From Mobula hypostoma (taxonomy: Eukaryota), in assembly GCF_963921235.1 (NCBI RefSeq), contig NC_086097.1, forward strand, positions 73,162,001-73,226,000: a stretch of 64,000 nt of DNA, in the 5' to 3' direction. The translations under genes and the position numbers were made by a program. Positions 1-12,845 of the stretch are shown piece by piece; positions within the stretch are counted from its first letter, which is position 1; each line of letters opens with the position of its first letter. Below the pieces are notes generated by a model. It was not told where the DNA came from and did no database searches. It saw only the letters and a list, made by a program, of their open reading frames with translations.

Positions 1-245
1 GACTAAGAAGATGGGGGAAGAGGAGGAAGGTGGCAGGTGTTAGGTGAAACCCGGGAGAGTGGGAGGGCGTGAAGTAAAGAGCCGGGAAGTTGATTGATGA
101 AAGAGATAAAGGGCTGGAGAAGGGGAATCTGATGGGAGATGGATGAAGACTGTGGAAGAAAGGGAAGGGGGAGGAGCACCTGAAGGAGGAGATGGGCAAG
201 TAAGGAGATAAAGTGAGAGCAGGAAACAGGAATGGGGAATTGGCA
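1..245 (-). mobile_element. PLE 3' UTR/pLTR fragment
   Basis: Purine-rich tract similar to the PLE tail at 49950-50200 and to the reverse complement of 60050-60350. Confidence 0.65.
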
Positions 246-828
246 AATATACAATTAAGCATTATTGAGTGTTATCTCAGCGATCAGCAAAGACATGACC
301 TCTGAGGTTCCAAAGATACAGACTGCCATGAAATAAGCATGAATACTTGTCCTGTTTGCTATTACCACACCCTCACTAACGTGACTGACTTGTTACTGTA
401 ATAAACCCACAGCAGAGAATACATGGCTCCTATGATGCCAATGGTTTTTCTATACAAATTGTGTGACTAAACAGTAGCGGAGATAGTATTTTTTTGAACA
501 AGAATGAATATAAGAAAATGCTAAGTCAGCACTGATATGAGGTTAGAGCAAGAGAATGGGACAACTTGAAAGACCAAATAACAAATGAGTCGAATGGCTC
601 CCTCTGGTGTTGTATGATTCCATACACAAGAAGATGCTCCAGATAATCCATCATGGTTGTAAAGATCATTTGAAGATGGTCCCTCATTTAAATGAAGTTT
701 GCATGTCCAAGTAATTGCAATCATGTTTTTACCTTAAAATTGCTCTGTAACAAAGCAGTGGCAGTGTTGAATGTTCTGAAGAAAGTTGCTGGACTAAGTG
801 TTATTCTGTCACATACCCTGGATAAAGC

Positions 829-1255
829 AGAATCAGAATCAAGTTTATTATCAACGGCATTTCGTGAAATCTGTGGGCATAGCAGCAGCAGTACAATGTA
901 ATATGTGATAATATTGAAAGTAAAAAAATTAAATCAATTACAGTAAGTATACAGTATATGTATATATAAATATATTTAAAATCGTGCAAAAATAGAAGTA
1001 GTATAGTTTTTAACAAAGTGAGGTGGTGTTCATGGGGTTCAATGTCCAATTAGGAATCGTATGACAGAGGGAAAGATGCTGTTCCTGAATTGCTGAGTGT
1101 GTGCCTTCAGGCTTCTTCACGTCCTTCCCAGTGGTAACAATGAGAAGAGGGCATGCCTTGGGTGATGGGGTTCGCCTTTCTGATACACCACTCCTTGATG
1201 ATGTCTTGGATACTACGGAGGCTAGTACCCAAGAAGGAGCTGACTAATTTTACAA
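829..1255 (-). mobile_element. Rex1/Babar-type LINE 3' end
   Basis: (GAATCA) tail; same 3' sequence as 14880-15280 (+) and 16230-16620 (-). Confidence 0.7.
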
Positions 1256-1371
1256 GTAGCATCTTATTGAAGTCATGCAAGCAGATGAGAGTTATGCACC
1301 TAGCTTTTCCCGTTGTCAAATTGGGCAAGATATCTGCTTTGATATTTCAGTAGTTCTGCAACATTGCGATG

Positions 1372-2070
1372 GATAACAGGTGCAGGAGTAGGCCATTCGG
1401 CCCTTCGAGCCAGCACCACCATTCACTGTGATCATGGCTGATCATCTACAATCAGTACCCCGTTCCTGCCTCTCCCCATATCCCTTGATTCTGCTATCTT
1501 TAAGGGCTCTACCTAACTCTCTCTTGAAAGCATGCAGAGAATTGGCCTCCACTGCCTTCTGAGGCAGAGCATTCCACAGATCCACAACTCTCTGGGTGAA
1601 AAAGTTTTTCCTCAATTCTGTTCTAAATGGCCTACCCCTTATTCTTAAACTGTGGCCTCTGGTTCTGGACTCCCCCAACATCAGGGACATGTTTCCTGCC
1701 TCTAGTGTGTCCAATCCCTCAATAATCTTATATGTTTCAATCAGATTCCCTCTCATCCTTCTAAGTTCCAGTGTATACAAGCCCAGTTGCTCCAATCTTT
1801 CAACATATGATAGTTCCGCCATCTCTGAAATTAAGCTCGTGCACCTACACTGCACTCCTTCAATAGCAAGGATGTCCTTCCTCAAATTTGGAGTCCAAAA
1901 CCACACACAGTACTCCAGGTGTGGTCTCACCAGGGCCTTGTACAACTGCAGAAGGACCTCTTTGCTCCTATACTCAACTCCCTATGTTATGAAGGTCAAC
2001 ATGCCATTAGCTTTCTTCACTGTCTGCTGTACCTGCATGCTTACTTTCAGTGACTGATGAACAAAGACAC
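1372..2070 (-). mobile_element. CR1 LINE 3' fragment (ORF2 C-terminus plus 3' UTR)
   Basis: ORF 1442..1945 has YKALVRPHLEYC...RTRGHSLRI...FFTQRVV, typical of the CR1 ORF2 C-terminus. Confidence 0.9.
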
Positions 2071-2072
2071 CT

Positions 2073-2746
2073 AGAAATTAGGGATAGTATCATTTCCAAA
2101 GAAGAAACATACAAATAAGCTAGAAAAAGCAGCTCACCTGAGGACTGGGAGAAATTCAGAGTCCAGCAGAGGAGGACAAAGGCCTTAATTAGGAAAGGAA
2201 AGAAAGATGAGAGAAAACTGGCAGGGAACATAAAAACTGACTGTAAAAGCTTTTATAGATATGTGACAAGAAAAAGATTGGTTAAGACAAATGTAGGTCC
2301 CTTACAGTCAGAAACAGGTGAATTGATCATGGGGAGCAAGGACATGGCAGACCAATTGAATAACTACTTTGGTTCTGTCTTCACTAAGGAGGACATAAAT
2401 AATCTTCCAGAAATAGTAGGGGACCAAGGGTCTAGTGAGATGGAGGAACTGAGGGAAATACATGTTAGTAGGGAAGTGGTGTTAGGTAAATTGAAGGGAT
2501 TAAAGGCAGATAAATCCACAGGGCCAGATGGTCTGCATCCCAGAGTGCTTAAGGAAGTAGCCCAAGAAATAGTGGATGCATTAGTGATAATTTTTCAAAA
2601 CTCTTTAGATTCTGGACTAGTTCCTGAGGATTGGAGGGTGGCTAATGTAACCCCGCTTTTTAAGAAAGGAGGGAGAGAGAAACCGGGGAATTATAGACTG
2701 GTTAACCTAACATCGGTGGTAGGGAAAATGCTAGTCAGTTATCAAA
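2073..2746 (+). mobile_element. CR1 ORF2 internal fragment
   Basis: KSTGPDGLHPRVLKE...PEDWRVANVTPLFKKG; near-identical to 9730-10405. Confidence 0.9.
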
Positions 2747-4483
2747 GAAGGTGGGAGGAGGGTGGGAAGGAGAAGGCTGGTAGGTTCCAGGTGAAAAACC
2801 AGTAAGGGGGATCAAGGGGTTGGGGAAGGGATAGGCAGGAAAGGTGAAAAAGGAACAGGGAAAAGCACAATGGGTCGTAAAAGGAGGCGGAACCATGAGG
2901 GAGGTGATAGGCAGCTGGGGGAGGGGGCAGAGTGAAACAATGTTCATGCCAAGGGGCTGGAGACTACCCAGACAGTATATGAGGTGTTGCTCCTCCAACC
3001 TGAGTTTGGCCTCATCATGGCAATAGAGGAGGCCATGTATGGACATATCTGAATGGGAATGTGAAGCAAGTTAAAGTGGGTCGCAATTATTATTGATATA
3101 GTGTTTAGCATTGTTAATCAGTTATTTGGCAATTTAATTCCTCATTGTACATATTGACATATTGACTTAATTACTTTATGTTTTTGTTGATCTTCAATAA
3201 TAATTAATAAAAAAGATTTAAGAATGAAAATGAAGTGGATGGCAACGGGGAGATCCTATCTGTTCTGGCGGATTGAGTGGAGGTGCTCAACAAAGCGGTC
3301 CCCCAATCTGCGTCAGGCCGCACCGTGAGCACCGGATGCAATAGATGACCTCAACAGACTCACAGGTGAAGTCTTGCCTCACCTGGAAGGACTGTTTGGG
3401 GCCCTGAATGCTGGTGAGAGAGGAGGTGTAGGGACAGGTGTAGCACTTGCACTTACAGGGATAAGTGCCAGGTGGGAGATCCGTGGGGAGGGACGTGTGG
3501 ACCAGGGAGTCGTGGAGGAAACGATGCCTGCAGAAAGTGGAGAGGGGTAGAGTGGGAAAGATGTGCTTAGTGGTGGGGTCCTGTTGAAGGTGGCGGATGT
3601 TGCAGAGGATAATGTGCTGGAACCGGAGGCTGGTGGGCTGGTGGATGAGGACAAGGGGAACTCTGTCCCTGTTTTGGTGTCGGGAGGATGGGATGCGGGC
3701 CGAAGTGTGGGAAATGGAGGAGATGTGGGTGAGGGCATCATTGATAACGGCAAAAGGGAAACCATGATCCTTAAAGAAAGAGGACATTTGAGATGTCCTG
3801 GAATGGAACCCCTCATCCTGGGAGCAGATGCAGCGGAGATGGAGGAACTGGGAATAGGGAATAGCATTTTTATATGTGGCAGGATGGGAAGAGGTATAGT
3901 CGAGGTAGTTATAAGAGTTAGTGGGCTTATAGAAGATGTCAGTGGACAGTCTGTCTCCAGAGAAGGAGATCGAGAAAGGGGAGAGAAATGTCCGAGATGG
4001 ACCGAGTGAATTTGAGGGCAGGGTGAAAGTTCGAAGCAAAGTCGATGAAATTGACGAGCTCAGCATGGGTGCAGAAAGCAGGACCAATGTAGTCGTCAAT
4101 GTAGCAAAGGAAAAGTTGGACAGCAGTACCAGTATAAGTTTTGAGCATAGTCTGTTCCACATAATCAACGAAGAGGCAGGCATAGCTGGGGCCCATGTGA
4201 GTGCCCATAGCTACACCCTTGGTCTGAAGAAAATGGGAAGAGCCAAAAGAGAAGTTATTAAGTGTGAGTACCAGTTCCGCCAACTGGAGGAGGGTAGCGC
4301 TGGTGGGAAACTGGTTGAAGTCTATTGTCCAGAAAGTAGCAAAGGGCTTTTAGGCCTTCTTGATGGAGAATGGAGGTGTATAAGGATTGGACATCCATAG
4401 TGAAAATGAAGCGGTTGGGACCGGGGAACTGGAGGTCATTGAAGAGGTGGAGGGTGTGGGATATATTCTGGATGTAGGTGGGA
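2747..4483 (-). mobile_element. Neptune-type PLE, 5'-truncated inverted copy (RT C-half, Cys linker, GIY-YIG, 3' UTR)
   Basis: GVAMGTHMGPSYA, YIDD, CKCKCYTCPY and VIYCIRCSRCG motifs; frameshifted. Confidence 0.9.
3087..3230 (+). mobile_element. AT-rich L1/Tx1-like 3' tail inserted in the PLE
   Basis: AT-rich block ending AATAAAAAAG; flanked by imperfect duplication aagtgggtcgcaa / aagtggatggcaa. Confidence 0.4.
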
Positions 4484-4641
4484 TTTAATTTCCTTATTCA
4501 CCTTTCCTGCCTATCCTCTCCTTGATTCCCCTTCCCCACCCCTTGATCTTTCCCCTTACTGGTTTTTCACCTGGAACCTACCAGCCTTCTCCTTCCCACC
4601 CTCCCCCCCCCCCCCCATAGGGTCCCTGCCCCTTCCCTTTA

Positions 4642-4679
4642 CAGTCCTGATGAAGGGTCTCGGGCCAAAACGTTGTCTG
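4642..4679 (+). ncRNA. Minimal type-I hammerhead ribozyme motif in the PLE pLTR (degenerate)
   Basis: CAGTC-CTGATGA-AGGGTCTCGGGCC-AAAAC-GTT-GTCTG; CTGATGA intact, GAAA mutated to AAAA. Confidence 0.65.
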
Positions 4680-7411
4680 TTCGTTTCCACGGGTGCTGTC
4701 TGACCTGCTGAGTTCCTCCAGCGTGTTGTGCGTGTTGCTTTGACCCCAGCATCTTCAGAGAATTTTGTGTTTGTGATTTGCTACTCCGCTGTGAAGTCTC
4801 TTTGGGGTATGCCTACCCTGAAGAAGTTTAAATCTTCCCTTCGACGGGAGTTCAGTGAGATCCTCTCTCACTGCTCCCCGTCTGTGATCTTCGCCTCTCT
4901 CTGACTCTTCGACCACATCCTGACTCAGACCTGCTACCACAGCCACGTCTCCTTCCTGGGATCGTGTCTCCGCTGCCATCTTGTACCGCAGGGATTCCAG
5001 CTCCGGTTCCAGGCCTCCCAGTTTGGACCCGACGTGGATCCCAGGTACCTCCGTTTCATTGACCGCTGCTCCCACCGGATTCTCCGCACCACGCTCACTG
5101 CCATGCGGAGACACCTACGGGCCCTGTCCCTCTCTCTGCCACCACTCCGGGCCTCACTCTCCACTGTCTGCCATGGACCTCTCCTATACTTCATTCTCCG
5201 CTGGATTCACGCCTCCAACTGCCATTTCTTCTCCTTCCTCGCGTCCAAGAAGGACACAAGCTTGCCCGCCTGGAGCTCCAGCCCGGACCACGACTCCTCA
5301 GACCTCGACTTCTCAGGCCTTTGGCAGGCCGAAGACCCATCCACCTCTGACTCTGATCCCGACTGGAACCACGGCCTCCCGGACATGGGCACCAGCCCCT
5401 GGCGGGCCATGGACTCACTCGCTTCCGACTCGGACCTCAGTTCTGGGGCCCTGCAGGCCACAGGCTCCGCCACCCCGAGCTCCAGATCCAGCTCGGACTA
5501 AGGTCCTGACCCTCTCCAGACCGAGACCGCTCTTACTGATGCTGGTTCCTACCGCTCGTCTTATTCCTACACTACCCTCTATCCTCCCTGCGACTCCCAA
5601 CCTTCCTTCTCCCCCTCATCCTGCCTCCATTCCTCTGATCCCTCATCCTCTCCCTGAATGTCCCAACCCCCCCTCCCTCCTGAGACCTCCTACTCTGTAT
5701 CCTCCTCTGACCCCAGCCCCAACTCTTGCCGTGTCTTCGCCATCCCCTCTGACCTTCCCCTCTCTGAGGCAGAACGTTCTGTCCTTAGCAAGGGCCTCAC
5801 TTTTGTCCCCCTCCGTCCACACCTCAGTGAATTCCGTGCCTGCCATGACACTGAACTCTTCTTCCTACGTCTCCGAGCCTACTTCTTTGGCAAGGATTCC
5901 CCTCCCGCTTCTGATGATCTGTTCTCCTATCTTCAACCCTCCTCTTCCTCCTGGATACCCTGCCCGGGCCTTCTACCTGCACTCGATCTTTTTATCTCCA
6001 ACTGTCGCCAAGACATCGACCATCTCAACTTCACCACTCCTCTCTCCTGTTCCAACCTCACTCCCTCTGAACGCACTGCCTCCACTCTCTCTGCACTAAT
6101 CCCAACCTCACCATCAAACCCTCAGACAAAGGTGGTGCCGTAGTAGTCTGGCGGACGGACCTCTACCTCACCGAGGCCAAAAGGCAGCTCTCTGATACCT
6201 CCTCTTACTTACCCCTGGAACAGGACCCCACCAAAAAAATTCAAACCAATCCCTCCCACACCATCACTGCTCTTATCAACTCTGGAGACATTCCATCCTC
6301 AGTCACAAAACTCATGATTCCTACACCCTGCACTGCTCAGTTTTACCTCCTCCCCAAGATTCACAAGCCTGACTGTCCCAGTAGACCCATAGTTTCTGCC
6401 TGCACCTGCCCGACTGAACTTGTATCTGCCTACCTGGACTCCATTTTGTCACCCATAGTTCGGCCCCTCCCCACCTACATCCAGGATACATCCCATGCCC
6501 TCCACCTCTTCAATGACTTCGAGTTCCCCGGTCCCGATCACTTCATTTTCACTATGGATGTCCAATCCTTGTACACTTCCATTCCCCATCAAGAAGGCCT
6601 CAAAGCCCTTTGCTACTTTTTGGGCAATAGACCTCACCAGTTCCCCACCACCACTACCCTCCTCCAGTTGGCAGAACTGGTACTCACACTTAATAACTTC
6701 TCTTTTGGCTGTTCCCACTTTCTTCAGACCAAGGGTGTAGCTATGGGCACTCACATGGGCCCCAGCTATGCCTGCCTCTTTGTTGGTTATTTGGAACAGT
6801 CTGTGCTCCAAACCTTTAGTGCTACTGCACCCCAACTTTTCCTTTGCTACATTGACGACTACATTAGTGCTGCTTCCTGCACCCATGCTGAGCTCGTCAA
6901 TTTCATCGACTTTACTTCAAGCTTCCACCCAGCCCTCAAATTCACTTGGTCCATCTCGGACACTTCACTCCCCTTCCTCGACCTCTCGGTCTCCATCTCT
7001 GGAGACAGACTGTCCACTGACATCTTCTATAAGCCCACTGACTCTCATAACTGCCTCGACTATACCTCTCCCCACCCTGCCACAGGCAAAAATGCTATTC
7101 CCTATTTCTAGTTCCTCCGTCTCTGCCACATCTGCTCCCAGGATGAGAGGTTCCATTCCAGGACATCTCAGATGTCCTCTTTCTCTAAGGATCGTGGTTT
7201 CCCTTCTGCCATCATCAATGATGCCCTCACCTGCATCTCGTCCATTTCCCGCACTTCGGCCCTCACCCCATCCTCCCATGACCACAACAGGGACAGAGTT
7301 CCCCTTGTCCTTACCTACCCCCCCCCCCAACAGCCTCTGGATATAGTACATCATCCTCAGCAACTTCCGCCACCTTTAACAGGACCCCACCACTATGCAC
7401 ATCTACCCCTC

Positions 7412-8722
7412 TGTCACAATGGTGGGGGCATTGAGAGCAAGGGTGGACCCAAATGCAAGCCACATCTTGTGAGGTTACTTAGATTTAGTTTATTGTTCGA
7501 TACCAGGAGAGCAATGCAGGAGCAGGAAATAGCGAACTGGACAAGAACTCAGGACTACGACTAGGCTGGGACCAAGGGTCTGGGCTAGGACTTTGAATCG
7601 GATCCCAGAACTAGAGGAGATATGAAGAGGCTAGGGTATGGACTCCGAGCCCGAGACTGGGCAAGGACCCAGTACCTGGGTCTTGCCTCAGGCTCAGACC
7701 CCAGAACCAGGTATGGACATGACATGGGCTAGGGAGAGGAGGAACATGGGAACACAGAACCTTGGTCTCGGGGAGCAGGTACATGGAACCATGGACACAT
7801 ACACAGAACACAGAGTTGGGACCCGTCCTTGGGTACAGGACATGGGGCCGGGACTCACGACCCTCCGCGGGGCAACAGAAAGACGGCCTGACTTACCCCA
7901 CGGAGGTGAGGACAAGACAAAACAAGACCAACACGAATGAACCACCAGACAGTACCTATCTTGCTCTGGTGATGGAATTAGACCGAAGGCAGGCGGGGGC
8001 TGCAGACTAGGGCTAGAGGCGAGAGGGGCAGAGAAGGGATTCAGACAAGGGGGTAGGACAGGAATCACAGACCGCCAGGGCCAGGACTTGACTCAGAACT
8101 GGGAAGCCGCCAGGACCAGGACTTGACTTGGTGCTTGAATGCCGCCAGGACCAGGACTTGACTTGGTGCTTGAATGCCGCCAGGGCCAGGACTTGACTTG
8201 GTGCTTGAATGCCGCCAGGGCCAGGACTTGACTTGGTGCTTGAATGCCACCAGGACCAGGACTTGACTTGGAACTTGAATGCCACCGGAGCCAGGACTTC
8301 ACTTGGAGCCTCCGGGTAGTGGCGAGCTCTCGACTCAACCCGGGAACAGTAGACTGTGGTTCTTGATTCCCTCCGGTGGGTTAACTGACGGACCCACCTT
8401 GATGAGGAAACTTTGCAGGCTCGCTTTGGCGAGGTAACTGGACTGGGTTGCTCCGGTGAGGAAGGGCGAATTACCAGCACTCGCTTCAGCAGAGACTAGG
8501 CTTGCTCCAGCCAGATGACATCGGCACACTGTACCTTTGATGACTTTGCAGACGCTCCTGCACTGAACGGCTGAAAGCCGGAGACTATAGACTACCGGCT
8601 CAGCCGAGCGTTAATTGCCTCTAATCACCCAAGCCGAGGGACGCGGGAAAACAGGGAATCAACGGGTCGGATCGTAACATAAATAAGGTAAATTTAAAGG
8701 GACCCAGATCCGGACCATGACA
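7412..8722 (-). mobile_element. Solo LTR (Gypsy-like), 1311 bp
   Basis: TGTCA...TGACA ends; TSD CCCTC/CCTTC; PLE sequence resumes collinearly; AATAAA on the minus strand at ~7490. Confidence 0.85.
8071..8310. repeat. 35-bp minisatellite, ~7 units, inside the LTR
   Basis: Unit GCCGCCAGG(A/G)CCAGGACTTGACTTGGTGCTTGAAT. Confidence 0.95.
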
Positions 8723-9301
8723 CCTTCTCTGCTTTCTGCAGGGATCGTTCCCTCCGCGACTCCCTGGTCCACACGTCCCTCCCCACGGATCTCCCACCCG
8801 TCACTTATCCCTGCAGGCTTAAGTGCTACACCTGTCCCTACACCTCCTCTCTCACCACCATTCAGGGTGCCAAACAGACCTTTCAGGTGAGGCAACACTT
8901 CACTTGTGAGTCTGTTGGGGTCATCTATTGCATCCGGTGATCTCGGTGCGGCCTCCTCTACATCGGTGAAACCCGACGCAGATTGGTGAACCTCTTTGTC
9001 GAGCACCTCTGCTCCATCCCCTACAACAGGCAAGATCTCCCGGTTGCCACCCACTAAAACTCTGCATCACATTTCCATTCGGATATGTCCATACATGGCC
9101 TCCTCTACTGCCATGATGAGGCTGAACTCAGGTTGGAGGAGCAACACCTCATATACCGTCTGGGTAGTCTCAGCCCCTTGCTATGAGCATTGAATTCTCC
9201 GACTTCCGATAATTCCCTCCCCCTCCCTTCCCCCACCCCGGTTTCACTCTGCCCCCTCTCCCAGCTGCCTAGCACCCCCCTCATGGTTCCACCTCCTTCT
9301 T

Positions 9302-11745
9302 GGTAAGGGTGCTGAGGAAGAAGATTTCTTGGAATGTATGCGGGATGGTTTTTTGAACAACATGTCGAGGAACCAACCAGAGAGCAGACCTTTCTAGACT
9401 GGGTATTGAGCAATGAGGAAGGGTTAATTAACAATCTTGTCGTGTGAGGCCCCTTGGGTCAGAGTGACCATAATATGGTGGAATTCTTCATTAAGATGGA
9501 GAGTGACATAGTTAATTCAGAAACAAAGGTTCTGAACTTAAAGAAGGGTAACTGAAGGTAAAAGACGTGAATTAGCTAAGATAGACTGGCAAATGATACT
9601 TAAAGGGTTGATGGTGGATATGCAATGGCAAGCATTTAAAGATCCCATGGATGAACTACAACAATTGTTCATCCCAGTTTGGCAAAAGAATAAATCAGTG
9701 AAGGTAGTGCACCCGTGGCTGACAAAGGAAATTAGGGATAGTATCAATTCCAAAAAAGAATCATACAAATTAGCCAGAAAAAGCAGCTCACCTGAGGGCT
9801 GGGAGAAATTTAGAGTCCAGCAGAGGAGGGCAAAGGGCTTAATTAGGAAAGGGAAAAAAGATTATGAGAGAAAACTGGCAGGGAACATAAAAACTGACTA
9901 AAAGCTTTTACAGATATGTGAAAAGAAAAAGATTGGTTAAGACAAATGTAGGTCCCTTACAGACAGAAACAGGTGAATTGATTATGGGGAACAAGGACAT
10001 GGCAGACCAATTGAATAACTACTTTGGTTCTGTCTGCACTAAGGAGGACATAAATAATCTTCCGGAAATAGTAGGGGAGAGAGGGTCTAGTGAGATGGAG
10101 GAACTGAGGGAAATACATGTTAGTAGGGAAGTGGTGTTAGGTAAATTGAAGGGATTAAAGGCAGATAAATCCCCAGGGCCAGATGGTCTGCATCCCAGTG
10201 TGCTTAAGGAAGTAGCCCAAGAAATAGTGGATGCATTAGTGATAATTCTTCAAAACTCTTTAGATTCTGGACTAGTTCCTGAGGATTGAAGGGTGGCTAA
10301 TGTAACCCCGCTTTTTAAAAAAGGAGGGAGAGAGAAACCGGGGAATTATAGACTGGTTAGCCTAACATCGGTGGTGGGGAAACTGCTATAGTCAGTTACC
10401 AAAGATGTGTTAACAGCACATTTGGAAAGCGGTGATATCATCGGACAAAGTCAGCATGGATTTGTGAAAGGAAAATCATGTCTGACGAATCTCATAGAAT
10501 TTTTTGAGGATGTAACTAGTAGAGTGGATAGGGGAGAACCAGTGGATGTGGTATATTTGGATTTTCAAAAGGCTTTTGACAAGGTCCCATGCAGGAGATT
10601 AGTATGCAAACTTAAGGCACACGGTATTGGGGGTAAGGTATTGATGTTGATAGAGAATTGGTTAGCAGACAGGAAGCAAAGAGTGGGAATAAACGGGACC
10701 TTTTCAGAATGTCAGGCAGTGACTAGTGGGGTACTGCAAGGCTCAGTGCTGGGACCCCAGTTGTTTACAATATATTAATGACTTAGATGAGGGAATTAAA
10801 TGCAGCATCTCTAAGTTTGCAGATGACACGAAGCTGGGCGGCAGTGTTAGCTGTGAGGAGGATGCTAAGAGGATGCAGGGTGACTTGGATAGGTTAGGTG
10901 AGTGGGCAAATACATGGCAGATGCAATTTAATGTGGATTAATATGAGGTTATCCACTTTGGTGGCAAAAACAGGAAAACATTATTATCTGAATGGTGGCC
11001 GATTAGGAAAAGGGGAGGTGCAACGAGACCAGGGTGTCATTATACACCAGTCATTGAAAGTGGACATGCAGGTACAGCAGGTGATGAAAAAGGCGAATGG
11101 TATGCTGGCATTCATAGCAAGAGGATTTGAGTACAGGAACATGGAGGTACTACTGCAGTTGTACAGGGCCTTGGTGAGACCACACCTGGAGTATTGTGTG
11201 CAGTTTTGGTCCCCTAATCTGAGGAAAGACATTCTTGCCATAGAGGGAGTACAAAGAAGGTTTACCAGGTTGATTCCTGGGATGGCAGGACTTTCATATG
11301 ATGAAAGACAGGATCAACTAGGCTTGTACTCGCTGGAATTCAGAAGATTGAGGGGGGATCTTATTGAAACGTATAAAATTCTAAAGGAATTGGACAGGCT
11401 GAATGCAGGAAGATTGTTCCCGATGTTGCGGAAGTCCAGAACGAGGGGTCACAGTTTAAGGATAAAGGGGAAGCCTTTTAGGACTGAGATGAGGAAAAAC
11501 TTGTTCACACAGAGTGGTGAATCTGTGGAATTCTCTGCCACAGGAGACAGTTGAGTCCAGTTCATTGGCTATATTTAAGAGGGAGTTAGATATCACCCTT
11601 GTGGCTAAAGGGATCAGAGGGTATGGAGAGAAGGCAGGTACAGGGTTCTGAGTTGGATGATCAGCCATGATCATACTGAATGGCGGTGCAGGCTCGAAGG
11701 GCTGAATGACCTACTCCTGCACCTATTTTATATGTTTCTATGTTT
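9302..11745 (+). mobile_element. Young 5'-truncated CR1 LINE (ORF2 EN end to RT, plus 3' tail)
   Basis: QHGFVKGKSCLTNL, YLDFQKAFDKV, KFADD; TTTCTATG tail; several stops and frameshifts. Confidence 0.95.
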
Positions 11746-11746
11746 C

Positions 11747-12160
11747 TGTTGCTCTTTAAAAGTTTCCCAATCCTCTGACTTCCTGCTCGTCTTTGCTATG
11801 TTATACTTCTCTTTTATTTTTATACTGTCCTTGACTTCTCTTGTCAGCCACGGTCACCCCTTACTCCCCTTAGAATCTTTCTTCCTCTTTGGAATGAACT
11901 GATCCTGCGTCTTCTGTATTATTCCCAGAAATACCTGCCATTGTTGTTCCACTGTCATCCTTGCTAGGGTATTATTCCAGTCAACTTTCGTCAGCTCCTC
12001 CCTCATGGCTCCATAGTCCCCTTTGTTCAACTGTAATACTGTCACTGCCGATTTGCCCTTCTCTGTCTCAAATTGTAAATTAAAACATCATATTATGGTC
12101 AGTACTCCCAATGGCTCCTTTATCTTGAGTCCCCTTATCAAATTCGGTTCATTACACAAC
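11747..12160 (-). mobile_element. CR1 ORF2 fragment (second subfamily)
   Basis: LNKGDYGAMREELTKVDW...QQWQVFL. Confidence 0.75.
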
Positions 12161-12845
12161 AATGTAATGAATCTATAAGCGATCTCTTATAGACTCTGCT
12201 CACAATGTTACCTAACCTGATTGATCAAAATCTTGAACTTAGAAACAAAAATGTGCGGCAATTAAAATAGTAGTTGCTTTTGATGCCTGTACAAGTTGGG
12301 CAACTGTTGCTGCTATTTTGCCCAGAAACTATGAAGGTTTCCTCTGTGGGGAAAAATCTCATTAATCCAGTCACAGAGAACTGATTAATTGCAAAATTGG
12401 CACCACGGTCAGTCTTTATACAAATGTCATGCCTGAACTGAACGTCATCCATATTGTGCCAAGCAAGACAGTGACAAAATACCAGAACGGAACCCAACAT
12501 GTCAAATTTGATCTGATTGAAATTGAACTTTAATGCATGGTTTTCAGAATAAGTAATGTTTCTTATTTCACTGCATGGGATCGTTTGAGTGTAATAAAGA
12601 GAACTGAGTACTTGAGATATTGCTGCCCTTTATCACTAAATTGATAACTTTATCTAGATAGCCATGATTCTTTCAGTCTCTTGGAACCATTGTTTCAAAC
12701 TGAAGTTATTTAGGGTAAATATGTGCAGATGCTGAGGAACCAGATCATCTGATATGCTTCATTTTTAAATGGTTAAGTTGATTTAAAATTATTTTCACTG
12801 TGTATGGAAATAGTATCTTAAAACGAGTTCCTTTTCACTTAATTA

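Larger units (their letters stand above)
4484..9301 (+). mobile_element. Near full-length decayed Neptune-type PLE (5' pLTR, N-terminus, RT, GIY-YIG), split by a solo LTR
   Basis: N-terminal HVSFLGSCL..LVPQGF; SVLSKGLTFVP; FYLLPKIHKPDCPSRPIVS; MDVQSLYTSIP; YIDD; VIYCI..SRCGLLYIGET at ~8920-8975; stops and frameshifts. Confidence 0.92.

Noticed and set aside
1372..2746. Twin-priming inversion of a single CR1
   Set aside because: The two arms appear to be different subfamilies, are non-contiguous in ORF2, and no TSD was found.
4981..6099. 372-aa Pro/Ser/Thr-rich ORF as a mucin-like gene
   Set aside because: Alternative frame of the C-rich PLE strand.
8071..8310. CRISPR-like array of 35-bp repeats
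   Set aside because: Units are contiguous with no unique spacers, there are no cas genes, and the array lies inside a eukaryotic LTR.
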